Positions 38,365 to 51,662 of a stretch of DNA of 64,000 bases are shown piece after piece. The stretch spans positions 258,230,001 through 258,294,000 of the forward strand of contig OZ024743.1 in NCBI GenBank assembly GCA_964016885.1, read 5' to 3'. Position numbers and translations under genes: made by a program. This DNA comes from Eledone cirrhosa. Lineage: Eukaryota. Position 1 is the first letter of the stretch, and each line of letters starts with the position of its first letter. The notes under the pieces were generated by a model. The model had not been told where the DNA came from and ran no database searches. It saw only the letters and a list, made by a program, of their open reading frames with translations.

Positions 38365-39701
38365 TAAAAAAACTATTAGAATTACGAAGCAGCTTATGTC
38401 ATGGGTTCTACATACAAGAGAGCATTTTCCCACACTGTCTTTCAAGGCTCATATCATTAGAATATCAATGACTGAGTATTCTTTCTCATATTTTTATTGT
38501 TTTTAGACTCACATTTGTTATTATCAACTTTTAATGAATAAGAAAGTAACTGATAATGACAAACAGATGTAAAAACCATGATGATGATAATGTTAGAATG
38601 ATTCTTCCATCAACTATGCCATTCCTCTCTAGCATCACTTAATCTACTAAAGATAGGATGTTCAAATACATTTTAGCAATATTTACTCCTGAAAATAAAA
38701 TTAAAATTGCTGATATATTTATTTTTTTCTAAATGTTACTTTCTAAATGTGCTTTAGCACACCAATTTCCTACATGCTGGGGGAATATCAGAATTTTAGA
38801 ATGAAAAAACTATTAGCCACATGAAATTTGAAATTTAATAGAAATACAACTTATAAATTTATGTGAAATGAAATCCTTTATAGGCAAACGTAATGTGATA
38901 GAGATATGTTTCCACTCAAAAGTATGAAGCATCAGCTAATCTTTGAGATATTGCTAACTGTTAATAGTCAACATTGTAAAACTGCTTGGGAGTTTTATGG
39001 GTGGATTGCATCAGTAACTTAAAAGATCAGGCCTTTCACACCTTATCCTAAGAATTATGTAAACACTTTTGATACCAAACTAACAGAAACTGCTGCTGGT
39101 GCTACAATACACAAGTGCTTATATTAAAGTGTTTATAATTACTGTTTAATGACCATTTTCCTTGCTTGCATGTGTAAGATGAGTTGTTGTACTGTAAAAA
39201 AAGGAAAAATAAGATGATACAGGCAGATGATAAGATCTCATGTATTTACCAACACCATCCTCCAAAGAACAATCCAAGAAAAGAAGGCAAGGATTTCAGG
39301 AGGAAAAATGAGTGAATGACATCACGAAATAGACCAGTAAATACTTTGCAACAATACAAGTTGTCTTGTGATGGAGATGGATGGAAGCAGGTGGTACACT
39401 GCTCCACTTTGCAATTCCATGATGACACTGGGAAGTCATAGAATCTGTAACTGTAACAGATATTGTCCAAAGGAAATGAAAAGCTAATACAAATATTGCA
39501 ACAGCCAACATTAATGCATTTACATGATAAATGTGCATTTGAATGTATGTGTATATGTATGTACATCTCTCCCTCTCTCTCTCTATATATATATATATAT
39601 AATCATGGACATTTATATTCACTTATAATCTATACATTCTGAAATAGTACAAGAGCCAATAGGTGTGCATGTACATATGTGTATGAGTATGTGTGTGTGT
39701 G

Positions 39702-39777
<76 letters not shown>

Positions 39778-40267
39778 TATATATATATATACAGCCCATA
39801 CTGTAAAGTGGTTGTGTAGGTGACATGATAAAAAGCACCCAGTACTCACTGTAAATGTAGTTGGCATTAGGAAAAGCATTCAGCTGTAGAAACCAAGCTA
39901 AAATCAGTTCTATATGAGCAAGACATGGTCAGCCCAGCTGGCATTTCTCACAACATGACAACTCATCAAGCCCATGCTAGCATGGAAAAATGGATGTTAA
40001 ATGGTGATGAAGATGATGATGAAATATATATATGTATGCATATATATATATATATATATAGGCATGAGTGTATACATAAATATTTACATGTATCATCAGT
40101 ACCATTATTTAATAATGATTATATGTACGTATATGTATATTTATATATGTGTGTGTGATATTTATGCTGTGTTGTATTGACACTCACACACACATATATA
40201 TAGAATTCAATAAAGATTAATCTATGGCAATGTATTATATGTACACACACAAGCATGTATACAAGCA

Positions 40268-40319
<52 letters not shown>

Positions 40320-40998
40320 AACTCACACATATATTCTAACACACACACACAATACAAACTCATTCTTGCACTACTGTACTTTACTCCACATTTGAAATCT
40401 CTTCTATTCTCTTCTTCAAAGTCTGACACAAACCCACCAAGCATAACGTTTGTTGTTCTAGAGGTACAATTAAGTAAATTGTTTAAACATTGAACAAATG
40501 GAGCTTCAGGGCTAACAGGGACATTTGGAATTCATCACCGATTTCCTGTCCATATTCCTTCTCCCCTCATTCGCCATCATCTCCATCCACCCGCACCACC
40601 CCACCTCCTACAGTTCCTTCCTGTTTCTTGGCATCACTTAACCAATAATCAGTCTTCTCACCGTCTTTGACGTAACTACTTATTATTGTTGTTATTGTTT
40701 GACATCACATACCATATCATCAATGACCAACATTGAAATGTGTATATGCAGCACCTTCAACAACATTACATAGTTAAAAGGGAAAATTTCCGATTCCTTT
40801 CAACAACTTTCCAACAGATTCTATACAAGATGAATAGAAATTCTTGGATTGGTAAGTCCACAAAAATTGAAATTCCCAAATTCCACACTATAGGTTTAGT
40901 TTCAAATTGTGAACAATGAAATTTAACTTTCTATGATCCCAAACTGTTTGGTTTAAAGTCTTTATTTAAAGACCTTCCATCAGAATTTTAAGTAAAGC

Positions 40999-41213
40999 TT
41001 AACCCTTTTAATACCAAACCATCTAAAATAGGCTTTGGTTTAATGATATAAAACTGCATGTTTTTGAAGTTTTATATTTGTCAAACCCCATTTTAAGTTA
41101 TGTTCCATACATCAAATAAATGTGAGTTATTTTAATAAATTCTTAATTATTTTCAAAATTCATTTTAAAATCCCAAACAGTCTTTCATTGAAAATATGGT
41201 AAGAAAAGGGTTG
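40999..41213. mobile_element. TTAA-CCCTTT MITE (piggyBac-like termini)
   Basis: ttaaccctttt ... aaaagggttga. Confidence 0.6.
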
Positions 41214-42169
41214 ATTTTTTTCTAGACTGCTGAGAATCATGAACATGATGCCAAATTTTGGTTTAAAATGTTTTTATTTATTTAAAACCCTTTCAGCATA
41301 TCTTTATGGAATACTTTTTCATAAGTTAGACTCCAAACACTATCTTAATAATGAGAAAATTAGTTATATAAATAAAATCTTGAATATTTTCAAAATTATT
41401 TGAAAATCCTAGGCAGTGCCTTTTATTGGCAATCTGTTAACAAAATTAAGATTTCCATGATTTGTGAGCTGAATGTGGTTTGGATTTTATTTGAATTTAT
41501 GTAGGTTGATTTACTTGTTTGAAAAGTGAAGAAAAGGATGGACCTCAGGATATTTTCCCAAGGAAAAAGTATTGTATGGAATGTTTTGAATAGTATGACT
41601 GTGGAGATGGTCATGAGAAGATAGAGGTGTGGGAACTTTAGTTCAATCAGGGCCCTCTTTCAATCATAATAGAGCATGATTTTGTATTTGGAAAGTTCTT
41701 CTCTAAGGTACAAGCCTGAGAAAAGTGTTTTGTGAAGGACCAGTGGTCATCCATGCATGCAAACCTCCCCTCTTCATGCCAAAGTTATCTAAAGAAAAAC
41801 CAAAGTCTGATACGGCTTGGGAATTGTATTGTTGCAACTCATATTCATACTATATATACCCCATACATATATTATATATGACGTTGTCTAAAGGAAAAGC
41901 AAATGCTAATATGGATTGGTGCCAGTGTTGTTGCAACTGCTTTTTGACAGCTCAATGGACTGGAGCAATGTGAAATAAAATGACATGTTTAAGGACACAT
42001 AACCTTCTGATCAACACTCTAACCAGTAAGCCATATGTCCCCACAATTAGACCAATAAATAAATACTTTAAATCAATATTTGCTAACAAGGAGAATGGAC
42101 ATTAATTGATGACAATGATGATGATTGATCTTAAATATTTATTTTTAAGTATAATAGCTGCTTCATCCT

Positions 42170-42378
42170 TCATCATCATCATCATCATCATCATCATCGT
42201 TTAACGTCCATCTTCCACGCTTGCATGGGTTTGGACAGGAGTTTTCCCACTTGAGGCAAGATTTGTTGTCCTGCTCGTATAGGACTGTCTGGCGGGTTTT
42301 CTACGGCTGGATGCCCTTCCTAACACCAACCACGTTTACAGTGTGGACTGGGAGGTTTTTACTGTGTTACCTACACAG
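42170..42378 (-). mobile_element. RTE subfamily A 3'UTR-only insertion
   Basis: (CAT)n plus cgtttaacgtccatcttccacgcttgcatgggtttgg. Confidence 0.85.
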
Positions 42379-43255
42379 ATACTATTGTTAAAACAAATTT
42401 CGAAGTTTGAATGTACATGTAAATTGTAATATTAAGTTATTTTCTCACACTAAAAAACATGTTCATACGTTTTAATTAATTTTTTGTGTAAAATATACCT
42501 GATATATCTGATAAACCTACTGAACCTGGGGTTTAGTTATTTATCAGAGTAATATTTTCTTATCTGAAAATTTTTTGGCAGTTGTTAGATTGTTGGATAT
42601 TTGATCTAACTCTCTGAGCTTCAAATTTGAATTTCACTAAGGTCTCCTTTGCCTTCAATTCATTTCTAAATCTATGTCTAATGTCTGTCTCAAGCCTGGA
42701 AGCTCATCAGGCCAGTGCTTATCTAGGTTTCTGTGGCATGAAGCAAATGAGAGTACTAAACACTCACTGGACAGGACAACAGTCGACTGCAAGGTTAAAC
42801 CTCCAGCTATTACTTGTACCTATTTTCAGCTGAACATACTGGAGCAACATGAAATGAAGTGTTTTGCTTAAGAACACAGCACACAACCCAGGCCAGGAAT
42901 CGAACCCACACCATTATAATCATAAGTCCACATCCTTACCACTAAACAATATGCCTCAACTTTAATCCACATGTGGTCAATAAAGTACCAGCCCTGTTTT
43001 TCTCCTCCCTCTCTTTCTTTTTTATGTACAATACAATCAAAGGAAAGCAATATTCATTAGGTGTCTGTATCAGCTCACAGCTGCATAGACACCTAAAAGC
43101 CTTTAATGGAAGCATGGTACATAGTACCAAGTCACACTCGATTACAAGTGATGGTTGTAGGTTTAGTATGATTTTATTTCCTTACTCTAAATAGAAATTC
43201 TCACCTTTTGATTCATATTTATCATGGCAACGTTTTATCTCATATACATATATAT

Positions 43256-44153
43256 ATATTGTTATACTTTGGGAGGGTCATGCTGCCAATAAAACACATA
43301 AAACACACACACCTGTTGGCTTTCACTTCAATTTATTATAAGTTGGTTGGTTGGTTGGTTGGTTCGATAACCGGAAGGTTGTTTATATATTGTCAAAGCT
43401 CTTTCATCACACACTCTGTGACCTCCTCAGTGACTAGGTTTTTATTTTGTGTGTCTCGCCTTTGTTCTGTCCAACACCATCTTGTGTTTGTGTATTGTGT
43501 GCTTAATTTGCGCATGCATTACATTCGGGTATGTGTGTGTGTTTTTATTTATTTATGTGTTTATTTACTTGTCACTAGTTGGTTGTTTGTGCTATCTGTG
43601 TGTGTCTGATTTATTTTGTTAGTTTGATTTTTGTGTGTGTCTGTATGTCTTCGTTTTGTCCTTAATTACTAGTTGTGATGTCCCTATGTTCTATTTTTGG
43701 CATTTTGGTGGAGTACTGATGAGATTTTCCATCCTGAATGATAAATGAACACTGGCGAGAACACCAAAATGAGAAAAACTCATCAGTACTCCACCAACAT
43801 GCCAAAATAGAACATAGAGGCAAATTAGAGAACATAGTGATAAAAATTATATCCACACACAGAAAAGATGCAATGCTCAGACTAATCACAAAGGCAACAA
43901 ATATAAATGAACTCCAACCAAAATTAAACAGAAAACATGAGTGGAATAGCAACAGCATAACTAGTAATTAAGGACAAAATGAAGACATACAAACACACAC
44001 AAAAACCAAACTAACAAAAAAAATCAGACACACACAGATAGAACAAACAACCAACTAGTGACAAGTAAATAAACACTTATATAAACTGAAGTGAAAACCA
44101 ACAGGTGCGTGTGTTTTTATTGGCAGCATGACCCTCCCAAAGTATAACAATAT
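43256..44153. mobile_element. Penelope-like element as an inverted pair of 3' ends (GIY-YIG C-terminus + pseudo-LTR)
   Basis: ORF 43738-43971 EH...SSVLHQH...H...DAMLRLIT.A..I....PKLNRKHEW. The left half is the reverse complement of the right, with identical termini. Confidence 0.85.
43392..43434 (-). ncRNA. Minimal hammerhead ribozyme motif
   Basis: gtca-CTGAGGA-ggtcaca gagtg tgtgat-GAAA-gagc-TT-tgac. Confidence 0.6.
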
Positions 44154-44236
44154 CTGTTTCAACACAAAACAAATCTCGCAAAACAAATTCAAAGACGAAT
44201 TATATATATATATGTGGTGTGTGTGTATATATATAT

Positions 44237-44378
<142 letters not shown>

Positions 44379-44839
44379 GTGTGCGTGTGTTTGTGTGTGT
44401 GTGTATCTATATATTTGCCTGTCATTTTAATACTTGGCAACATGAAATCTCAAAAGATATTTTCTCGAAGACATCCTTTCAAAGAATCTGCAGTGAAAGC
44501 AACAGTTTCACAATTTAACACCATTAATAGGAAGACATTTATATCCTTCTATATTTCTCAATGGTTTTCAAGGCTGACAAATAAATCTGTCAACAACAAA
44601 GCACTTGCAGGTTCCTTTACCAAATTTGGTCATAGCTTTTAGAGATAGATTTCTTTTTTTTACTTTTCTTTAGATTATTGTATATTTCTAGTGAAGTCAA
44701 TGTTACCAAAATTACGTCAACTCATGGAACAACTAAACGCTTTATTTCTTCATAATTACGTTTCTTCAATTGGTTACCTGGTTAGTATTTTAGTTGTTGA
44801 AACCTGCTGACATGTTTTACATTAATAATAATAATAATA

Positions 44840-45246
44840 ATAATTGTTTCTCTTTTGACACAAAGCCAGCAATTACCCCAGTGCATTACTGGTACTTTAT
44901 TTTATCGACCCCGTATGGATGAAAGGCAAAGTTAACCTCGGCAGGATTTGAACTCTAATCATAAAGGACAGTAAATCTATACTGCAAAGCATGGCATCCG
45001 ACCCTCTACCGATACTGCCAATCCACTGCCCTTATTAATAATAATAATAATAATAATAATTGTTTCTACTTTAGGCACAAGGCCAGCAATTACCCAGTGC
45101 ATTACTGGTACTTTATTTTATCGACCCCGTAAAGATGAAAGGCAAAGTCAACCTCGGCGGGATTTGAACTCAGATCGTAAAGGGACGTAACTATGCTGGA
45201 AAGCATGGCGTCCGACTCTCTTCCGATACTGCCAATCCACCGCCCA
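44840..45246 (-). mobile_element. Two tandem SINE family B copies in (AAT)n
   Basis: Reverse complements of 22113-22305, flanked and separated by (AAT)n. Confidence 0.88.
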
Positions 45247-46184
45247 ATAATGATAATAACAATTAGTGGTAGTAAAAATAGGTGGTAGTTGTAGTAGTAG
45301 CACTAGTAATGGTAGAAGTAGCAACAGCACTAGTTGTAGTAATAGTAGTGATTGTAGTAGTCATAGTGGTTGTAGTAGTAGTGGTAGCTCTAGTAGTTGT
45401 AGTAGTAGTAATTCCTTCAATCATTGGCAGAAGTCTAGAAATATAGACAAAGAGAAAGTCAATGATATTGACCCCAGTACTTTAATGATACTTATTTTAT
45501 CTACTGCAGAAGGATGGAAGGCAAAGTCGACCTCAGCAGGATTTGAAAGCAAAATGTAGATGGGTATAACAAAAGAATCCAATGCTTTTCATTTGATGCT
45601 CTCACAGTTCTGCCACCCCACCATCATTGATCACTATAAATAATAGCTATAGAAAATCGGATAAAATACCCCCATTTATATTTATACTCACAAGACATTA
45701 ATCAGCTGAAGGCTATAGAAGAGACTTGCCCAAGGTACTACACAGAGGGAGTGAACACAAAGCTATGTGGTTACAAAACATACTACCATGCCATATGACA
45801 TTAAGAATTATCCAAATTACTGATTTAAAAGCCACAACACGCAATATATGATGCTACTTATGTGAAATCTTTTCCCCAGTTCATTGTCACGCTTCTGACT
45901 GTTGTGCTCTGCGTAAAGGTATGACTTAGCCTGATATTTCTAATATTGGTATACTAATAGTTCTATTCGTGTGATGGGCACAATAAATTAATCCATTACA
46001 ACATGATGGAATAGCTATATAAATTTATACTCCTATCTTACTATTCCAAGCAATTTTTACATGCTTGGTTGCATTTCTCTATTCTTGCATTCACACAAAA
46101 TCTTGGTTCTTCTTTCCTTTTCTCTATCACAAAATTTATATCATCTCTTTCAATCCAAATATTTAATGAAATCATCATTACACA

Positions 46185-46397
46185 CACACACCACAACAAT
46201 CCTAGCTACACACATAATGCAATGATTGTAGCTACATACACAACACAATAATCAAAGCTACACATATGATGCAACAATTGTAGCTACACACACAACACAA
46301 GGATCATAGCTACACATACGATGCAACAATTCTAGCTGCACACACACTGCAACAATCCTAGCCACACACTCCCAATGCAGTGATCCTAGCTACACAT
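46185..46397. repeat. 26-bp minisatellite, about 8 copies, alternating variants
   Basis: Unit like gctacacacataatgcaatgattgta. Confidence 0.8.
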
Positions 46398-47157
46398 AGA
46401 TCTTATGCATGTCAATTCAATTTTTTGATTTCTATCATTTGTAAAGATAAGCAGTTTCTGCTTGGAAAAATTCTTCTATGATTCCATCAATGAACATTAA
46501 ATTGGAAAGACTTTTTATAAAGAACGAAATAATACTTTCTCTCCATCTATTTCCGCTCCTCTCTCTCCTCTCCCCATTTCTCTCTCAACTTCCTATTTCT
46601 CTCTCCCCTCTCTATCTTTCCATCCCTCTCTAACACTCTCGCTATCTATCTATTTATCTGTCTTTCTGTCAGTCTCTCTCTCTCTCTCTGTCTTTCTCTT
46701 TCCCTCTCTTCCTTATTTCTTTCTTTTTCTCTTGATAACCCTTCTCTTCTCATTCACTCCCCTCTCTCCCATTCTCCTTCCCCCTCTTTCTTATTCACTC
46801 CCATCTCCCCCCTCTCTTTATCTCTCTCTCTCTCTCTTTCTCTGAAATATATTCTCCAAAATTCTCATGAATTCTTTCTCACCCAAGAATCACGAAAATA
46901 AGCAAGATCCCCAAAAACAAAAGAAAACAAGAACTGACACACAGGCAGCTAAACACAACATACAGACAGATACACAGATTTACATGCAGAGACACACAGG
47001 CACAAAATATGTTAGAGGATGATATCATAATATATGTTATCATCCTCTAACCTATATGAGTTCTTTTGTATTGTTTTACCTTTCTTAAAATTATGGAAAT
47101 TATATTATCTTAGCATTGAAAATAAGTATTTAACAGCAAATAATAATAATGATAATA

Positions 47158-47345
47158 ATTGTTTCGATTTTTGGCACAAGGCCAGCAATTACCCAGTGCA
47201 TTACTGGTACTTTATTTTATCGACCCGGTAAGGATGAAAGGCAAAGTTAACCTTGGCAGGATTTGAACTCAGAATGGAAAGGGCCGTAACTCTTTGCGTC
47301 AAAGCATGGCGTCTGACCCTCTACCGATACTGCCAATCCACCGCC

Positions 47346-47394
<49 letters not shown>

Positions 47395-48362
47395 CTATTT
47401 TTAGAACCGTTGAATGATAGGAAGTTTTTGAATTTGAAAGTTAGAAGCATCAACGTTGTTTGACTATGAAAAATATTCTGAGATGGACATATAAACCCTG
47501 AATATGGAAAAAATTTCTACAGTACCTCCCAGAGGACATGAACCCATGCCAGCAATATAACTTTTTTCCCTATTAAACAAGTACATTAAAGCACCACCAA
47601 CAAACGTTTCCCTTACTTTAAACCTTATAAATCAGGCAGTACAATGTAAACAATCTATTTTTAGAACTGTTGTGAGATAGGAAGTTTTTGAATTTGTAAA
47701 ATAAAGCACCAGTAATGCACTGGAGTCAATTTAATTGACTTCCCCTCCTCTTCAAATTGCTGGCCTTGTGCCTAAAATAGAAACAATTATTAATATTATT
47801 ATTGGGAGTTAGAAGCATCAACATTGTTTGACTATGAAAAATAGTCAAAGTTAGGCATGTGAACCTTGGAGATGGAAAAAATTTGTACAGTACTGTACAA
47901 ATTTTTTTCATCTCCAGGTTTTATATGCCCAAGTTAAATAACGTTGATAATTCTAACTTTAAATAATTATAATTGTTTGTACTTTTGGCACAAGGCCAGC
48001 AATTATCTCAGTGCATTACTGGTGCTTTATTTTATCGACCCTGTAAGAATGAAAGGCAAAGTTAACCTCCTCGGCAGGATTTGAACACTGATGGGCTGCA
48101 AAGCATGGCGTCCGACCCTCTACCAAAACTGCCAATCCACCATTTAATAATATTGATTTCTACTATAAGCACAAGATCAGCAATTAGGGGAGGCAGAGAA
48201 AGTTGATTAAATCACCCTCAGTGTATTACTGGTGCTTTATTTTATTGACCCTGTAAGAATGAAAGGCAGAGCTAACTTTGACAGGCTTTGAGCTCGGAAC
48301 GTAAAGGGCCATAACTCTATGCTACAAAGCATGGTGTCTGACGCTGTACCGATACTGCCAAA
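47158..48362. mobile_element. Cluster of SINE family B copies (47158-47346, 47700-47790, 47970-48145, 48150-48362) with a palindromic MITE centred at 47887-47898
   Basis: SINE B motifs next to (AAT)n. Palindrome ggagatggaaaaaatttgtacagtactgtacaaatttttttcatctcc. Confidence 0.8.
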
Positions 48363-48399
48363 TGATAATATGAAGTCATAGAGAATTAAAATGTGCATG

Positions 48400-48722
48400 T
48401 GCCTTGTACAGTAATGCAGGAGGATGGGGAAGCAACGATATTCTGGGATTATGATTTTCAAAAGCATAGCCAACTGGACATTGTCATATTGAATAAGAAA
48501 GACAAATAGTGTCTGATCATCAACATGGCTATATCAAATAACACAAATATTGCAAGTTGGAAGATTGAAAAAATCACCAAGTACTCTGAATTGAAAGTGA
48601 GGCTGGCAAAACTATTTGGAATACAAGAGGGTAATGTGAAAGTGGCACCAGTTGTGATCGGGCCATTAGGGTCAATTTCATTGAAACTTCAAGACTTCTT
48701 AAAACAACTTGGAATACCCTAC
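48400..48722 (+). pseudogene. R4/Dong-like restriction-like endonuclease remnant
   Basis: IFWDYDFQ...LDIVILNKKDK.CLIINMA...EKITKYSELK..L..L....VKVAPVVIGPLGSI. Confidence 0.75.
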
Positions 48723-49330
48723 ATCATACCCATGATAATCCTAGTGATTTTCTTTCTTAGCCACAAGTGTTATTTATCATGGGAGTTAAAATACATGTAA
48801 GACTGGAGAAACAAAGTTACATGAAAACCAGGCTAGGGACAAGAGCATTATACAAAATTAAAAGGAAAGGAAAGGAGTCAATCATCTGATTGGAACAGGA
48901 AAACTAGATTTCCATTGCTGAAGGAGGTGGGGTTTGAACTCAGAATACACAGAGCTGGATCACATACTGCAAAGCATCCTGTCTGACACTTTAACTATTA
49001 TGCTGATCTATTGGAACCTGGATTGTTACTGGTACTTTTATAGACTGCAAAATAATTGTTTCTACTTTTTGGCACAAGGCCAGCAATTATTCACTACATT
49101 ACTGGTACTTTATTTTATCATCTCACAAGACAAAGTTGACCTCGACAAGATTTGAATTCAGATATAGATAGTTGTAACTAAATACTGCAAAGCATTCTGT
49201 TCAACGCTTTACGGATACTGAGAAAAATAATGATGATGATGAATATGGTGATAATCATGTTGGTGGTAATGACAACAATGACAACAATAGAGAAAACATG
49301 CCTCCTTAGTACAGCTATAACTTGAAGATA

Positions 49331-50177
49331 TCATCATCATCATCATCATCATCAACGTTTAACGTCCGTGTTCCACGCTTGCATGGGTTTGGACGGGGGT
49401 TTTCCCACTTGAGGCAAGAGTGATTGTCTTGCTCGCATAGGACTGTCTGGCAGGTTTTCTACAGTTGAATGCCCTTCCTAACACCAACCACATTTACAGT
49501 GTGGGTCTGGGAGGTTTTTACCGTGTTGCCTACACGGCCACATTACAGCGTGGACTGTGTGTTTTTTTGTCGTGACACCTACACGATCTCATTTGTTTCG
49601 GCCTGGATGGTGTGGCACCAACATAACTTTACATAGAAGGGGGCGGTGTGGATGGGGTGTGGGGGGGGGGGGGGGGGTATTTTGTTAGAGATGCCTACTG
49701 ACTGTAGTAGGTTTTACTTTGTATTTAGGTAAGGCGGGTCTTCTCTATTACTGAGTACCGCCAAAGGTCTCGGTCCAGTGACATTGTCTTCGTGAGGTGT
49801 AAATGTGTGAGGTCGGAGTTTATCAGCTCGTCCCAGGTTTTTCTGGGTCTGCCTATTCCGTGGCTACCGTCTATCTTTATTGCCCTGCACTTTGTTATAC
49901 AGCTATCGTCCTTCATGCGCATCACGTGAACATACCAACGTAGCCTTCTCTCTAGTAAACAACATCTGATCCCTCTTATTTCTAATTTTTTCCTTAGTTC
50001 GTTTATGCTTTGTCGTTCACGTATATTACTATTACACATCCAGCGGAGCATGCAAGCTTCGTTTCTCTCTAGTCTGCGTATATCCTCTGCACACAATGCC
50101 CAGGTCTCACTGCCATGCAACATTGCTGTTCGTATGCAGGCATCGTACAGCCTGCCTTTCATTTTTAGGGAGACCCT
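49331..50177 (-). mobile_element. RTE LINE subfamily A, 5'-truncated
   Basis: ORF 49725-50201 C-terminus, UTR and (ATG)n. Confidence 0.95.
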
Positions 50178-51662
50178 TATGTTGAATATCTGAAGAAGCA
50201 TGTAGTAGCTTGATGTTTAGTGAAGAAAACCTCGCAGAACCACAAACATTACTGCTGTGCAAATTATATAATAAAAATAATAATAATAATAATAATAATA
50301 CTTTCGTTATTAACCACAAGGGTTTACATAAAGTAGACATTAAGGACAGTACAGGACAATACAGGATGGTACAAATGGGCATTTCTGTGTGTAAAAAACA
50401 AAAAACAGAGGATGTAACAAAAAAATAACAATGAAAAATTCCCCAATAGGGGGGAGACTTCCAAGGGACATTTGTGGAGAAAGCCCATTAAAAGGCCACA
50501 GTGACCCTGACCACCAGGGCAAGTGCCCTCTCCCAGTTTTCAACCAATAATAATAATAATGAAATATAACAAAGGAATTGATAGAAAAGTAAATGTAGTT
50601 CTCATCAGATCACTTAGAAAAGATTTTATGAAAATGTTTTAATACAATACATGTTTCTTAGCAGTGTATATCAACAGAAATGGCAGCTGCTATAGAAATC
50701 TACTATGTTATTTATTACACAGTAGAAGTGAATGTTACCTGAAACAAAAGCAAGTTTCAAGTTTTGTTAGTTATATATAAATATATATATAAATCTATTT
50801 GGGTTTGTTTGTTTTTTTGTTCCTGGTGTTTTTATTTTACACTATATGTATGCAGTTAATAATAAATACACCATCTCCATGTATGTTGTAATGGTTGAGT
50901 AAAAGGGTTGGGAGCATATCAAGCAGTAAAATTCTTGCCTCAAAGAGCACTGCATGATGAGTATGATGATTAACCCGCTTAAAAAGCCGCAAAGTTAACC
51001 CCTGCTGTAGCAGTGAATTTGGTCTTAAAACACTTGTTTAATTTCAATGGCTCACAGTTTTAACACAATATCTTACTTTCTTCTTGCCTTTTTCCTTACT
51101 TTTCTCTTTTTTTCCCCTTTTGATTTACTCATGAGAATTTCGTGCTATAAAGGCACAATACCTTTTCCTTGTCATCACGTAAAATTCTATGTGTACTTGT
51201 CATAACTTAATTGCTAAAAGTTGCTGTTTTGTCTCTGGTCTCTTACTCCATTGGACAGCGCGTTGGCTTGTGTCAGATGCTGTGATCTCTGGTAAACCAA
51301 CAGTACCATCGGTAGGAGTTAAAACTGCAAAAGTCTATCTTAATGGCTGATGTGATTCCAGAGTTCTGTATTCTTCATTTGTATTTTTATTTTCAAAAAA
51401 TAATTTTTTAAGGTTTTCCCCTTAAAAAATAGTTTTTTTGTTTTGCCTTCTTTTTGTTTGTTGTCTTGGCCCCTCTTTGTTAACTTTCCTAAGTATATAT
51501 ATATTTATATATAATAAAATAATTATGGTTTTATAAATATAGTTTCCATTGATTAATATATTGAGTATTTACTCCAGTACTTTGTTGAGTGCTTTATATC
51601 AGTTATAAAACTTTTAAGCTTGTTGACAAATTAAATATAACTTCTGCATGTATTTATACATA

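Noticed and set aside
43714-43750. CTGATGA as a further hammerhead
   Set aside because: It is the antisense of the PLE coding sequence (NSSVL) and lacks a suitably placed GAAA and stems.
50272-50546. Possible L1/Tx1-like 3' UTR in (AAT)n
   Set aside because: There is no coding evidence, and I cannot assign a family from sequence alone.
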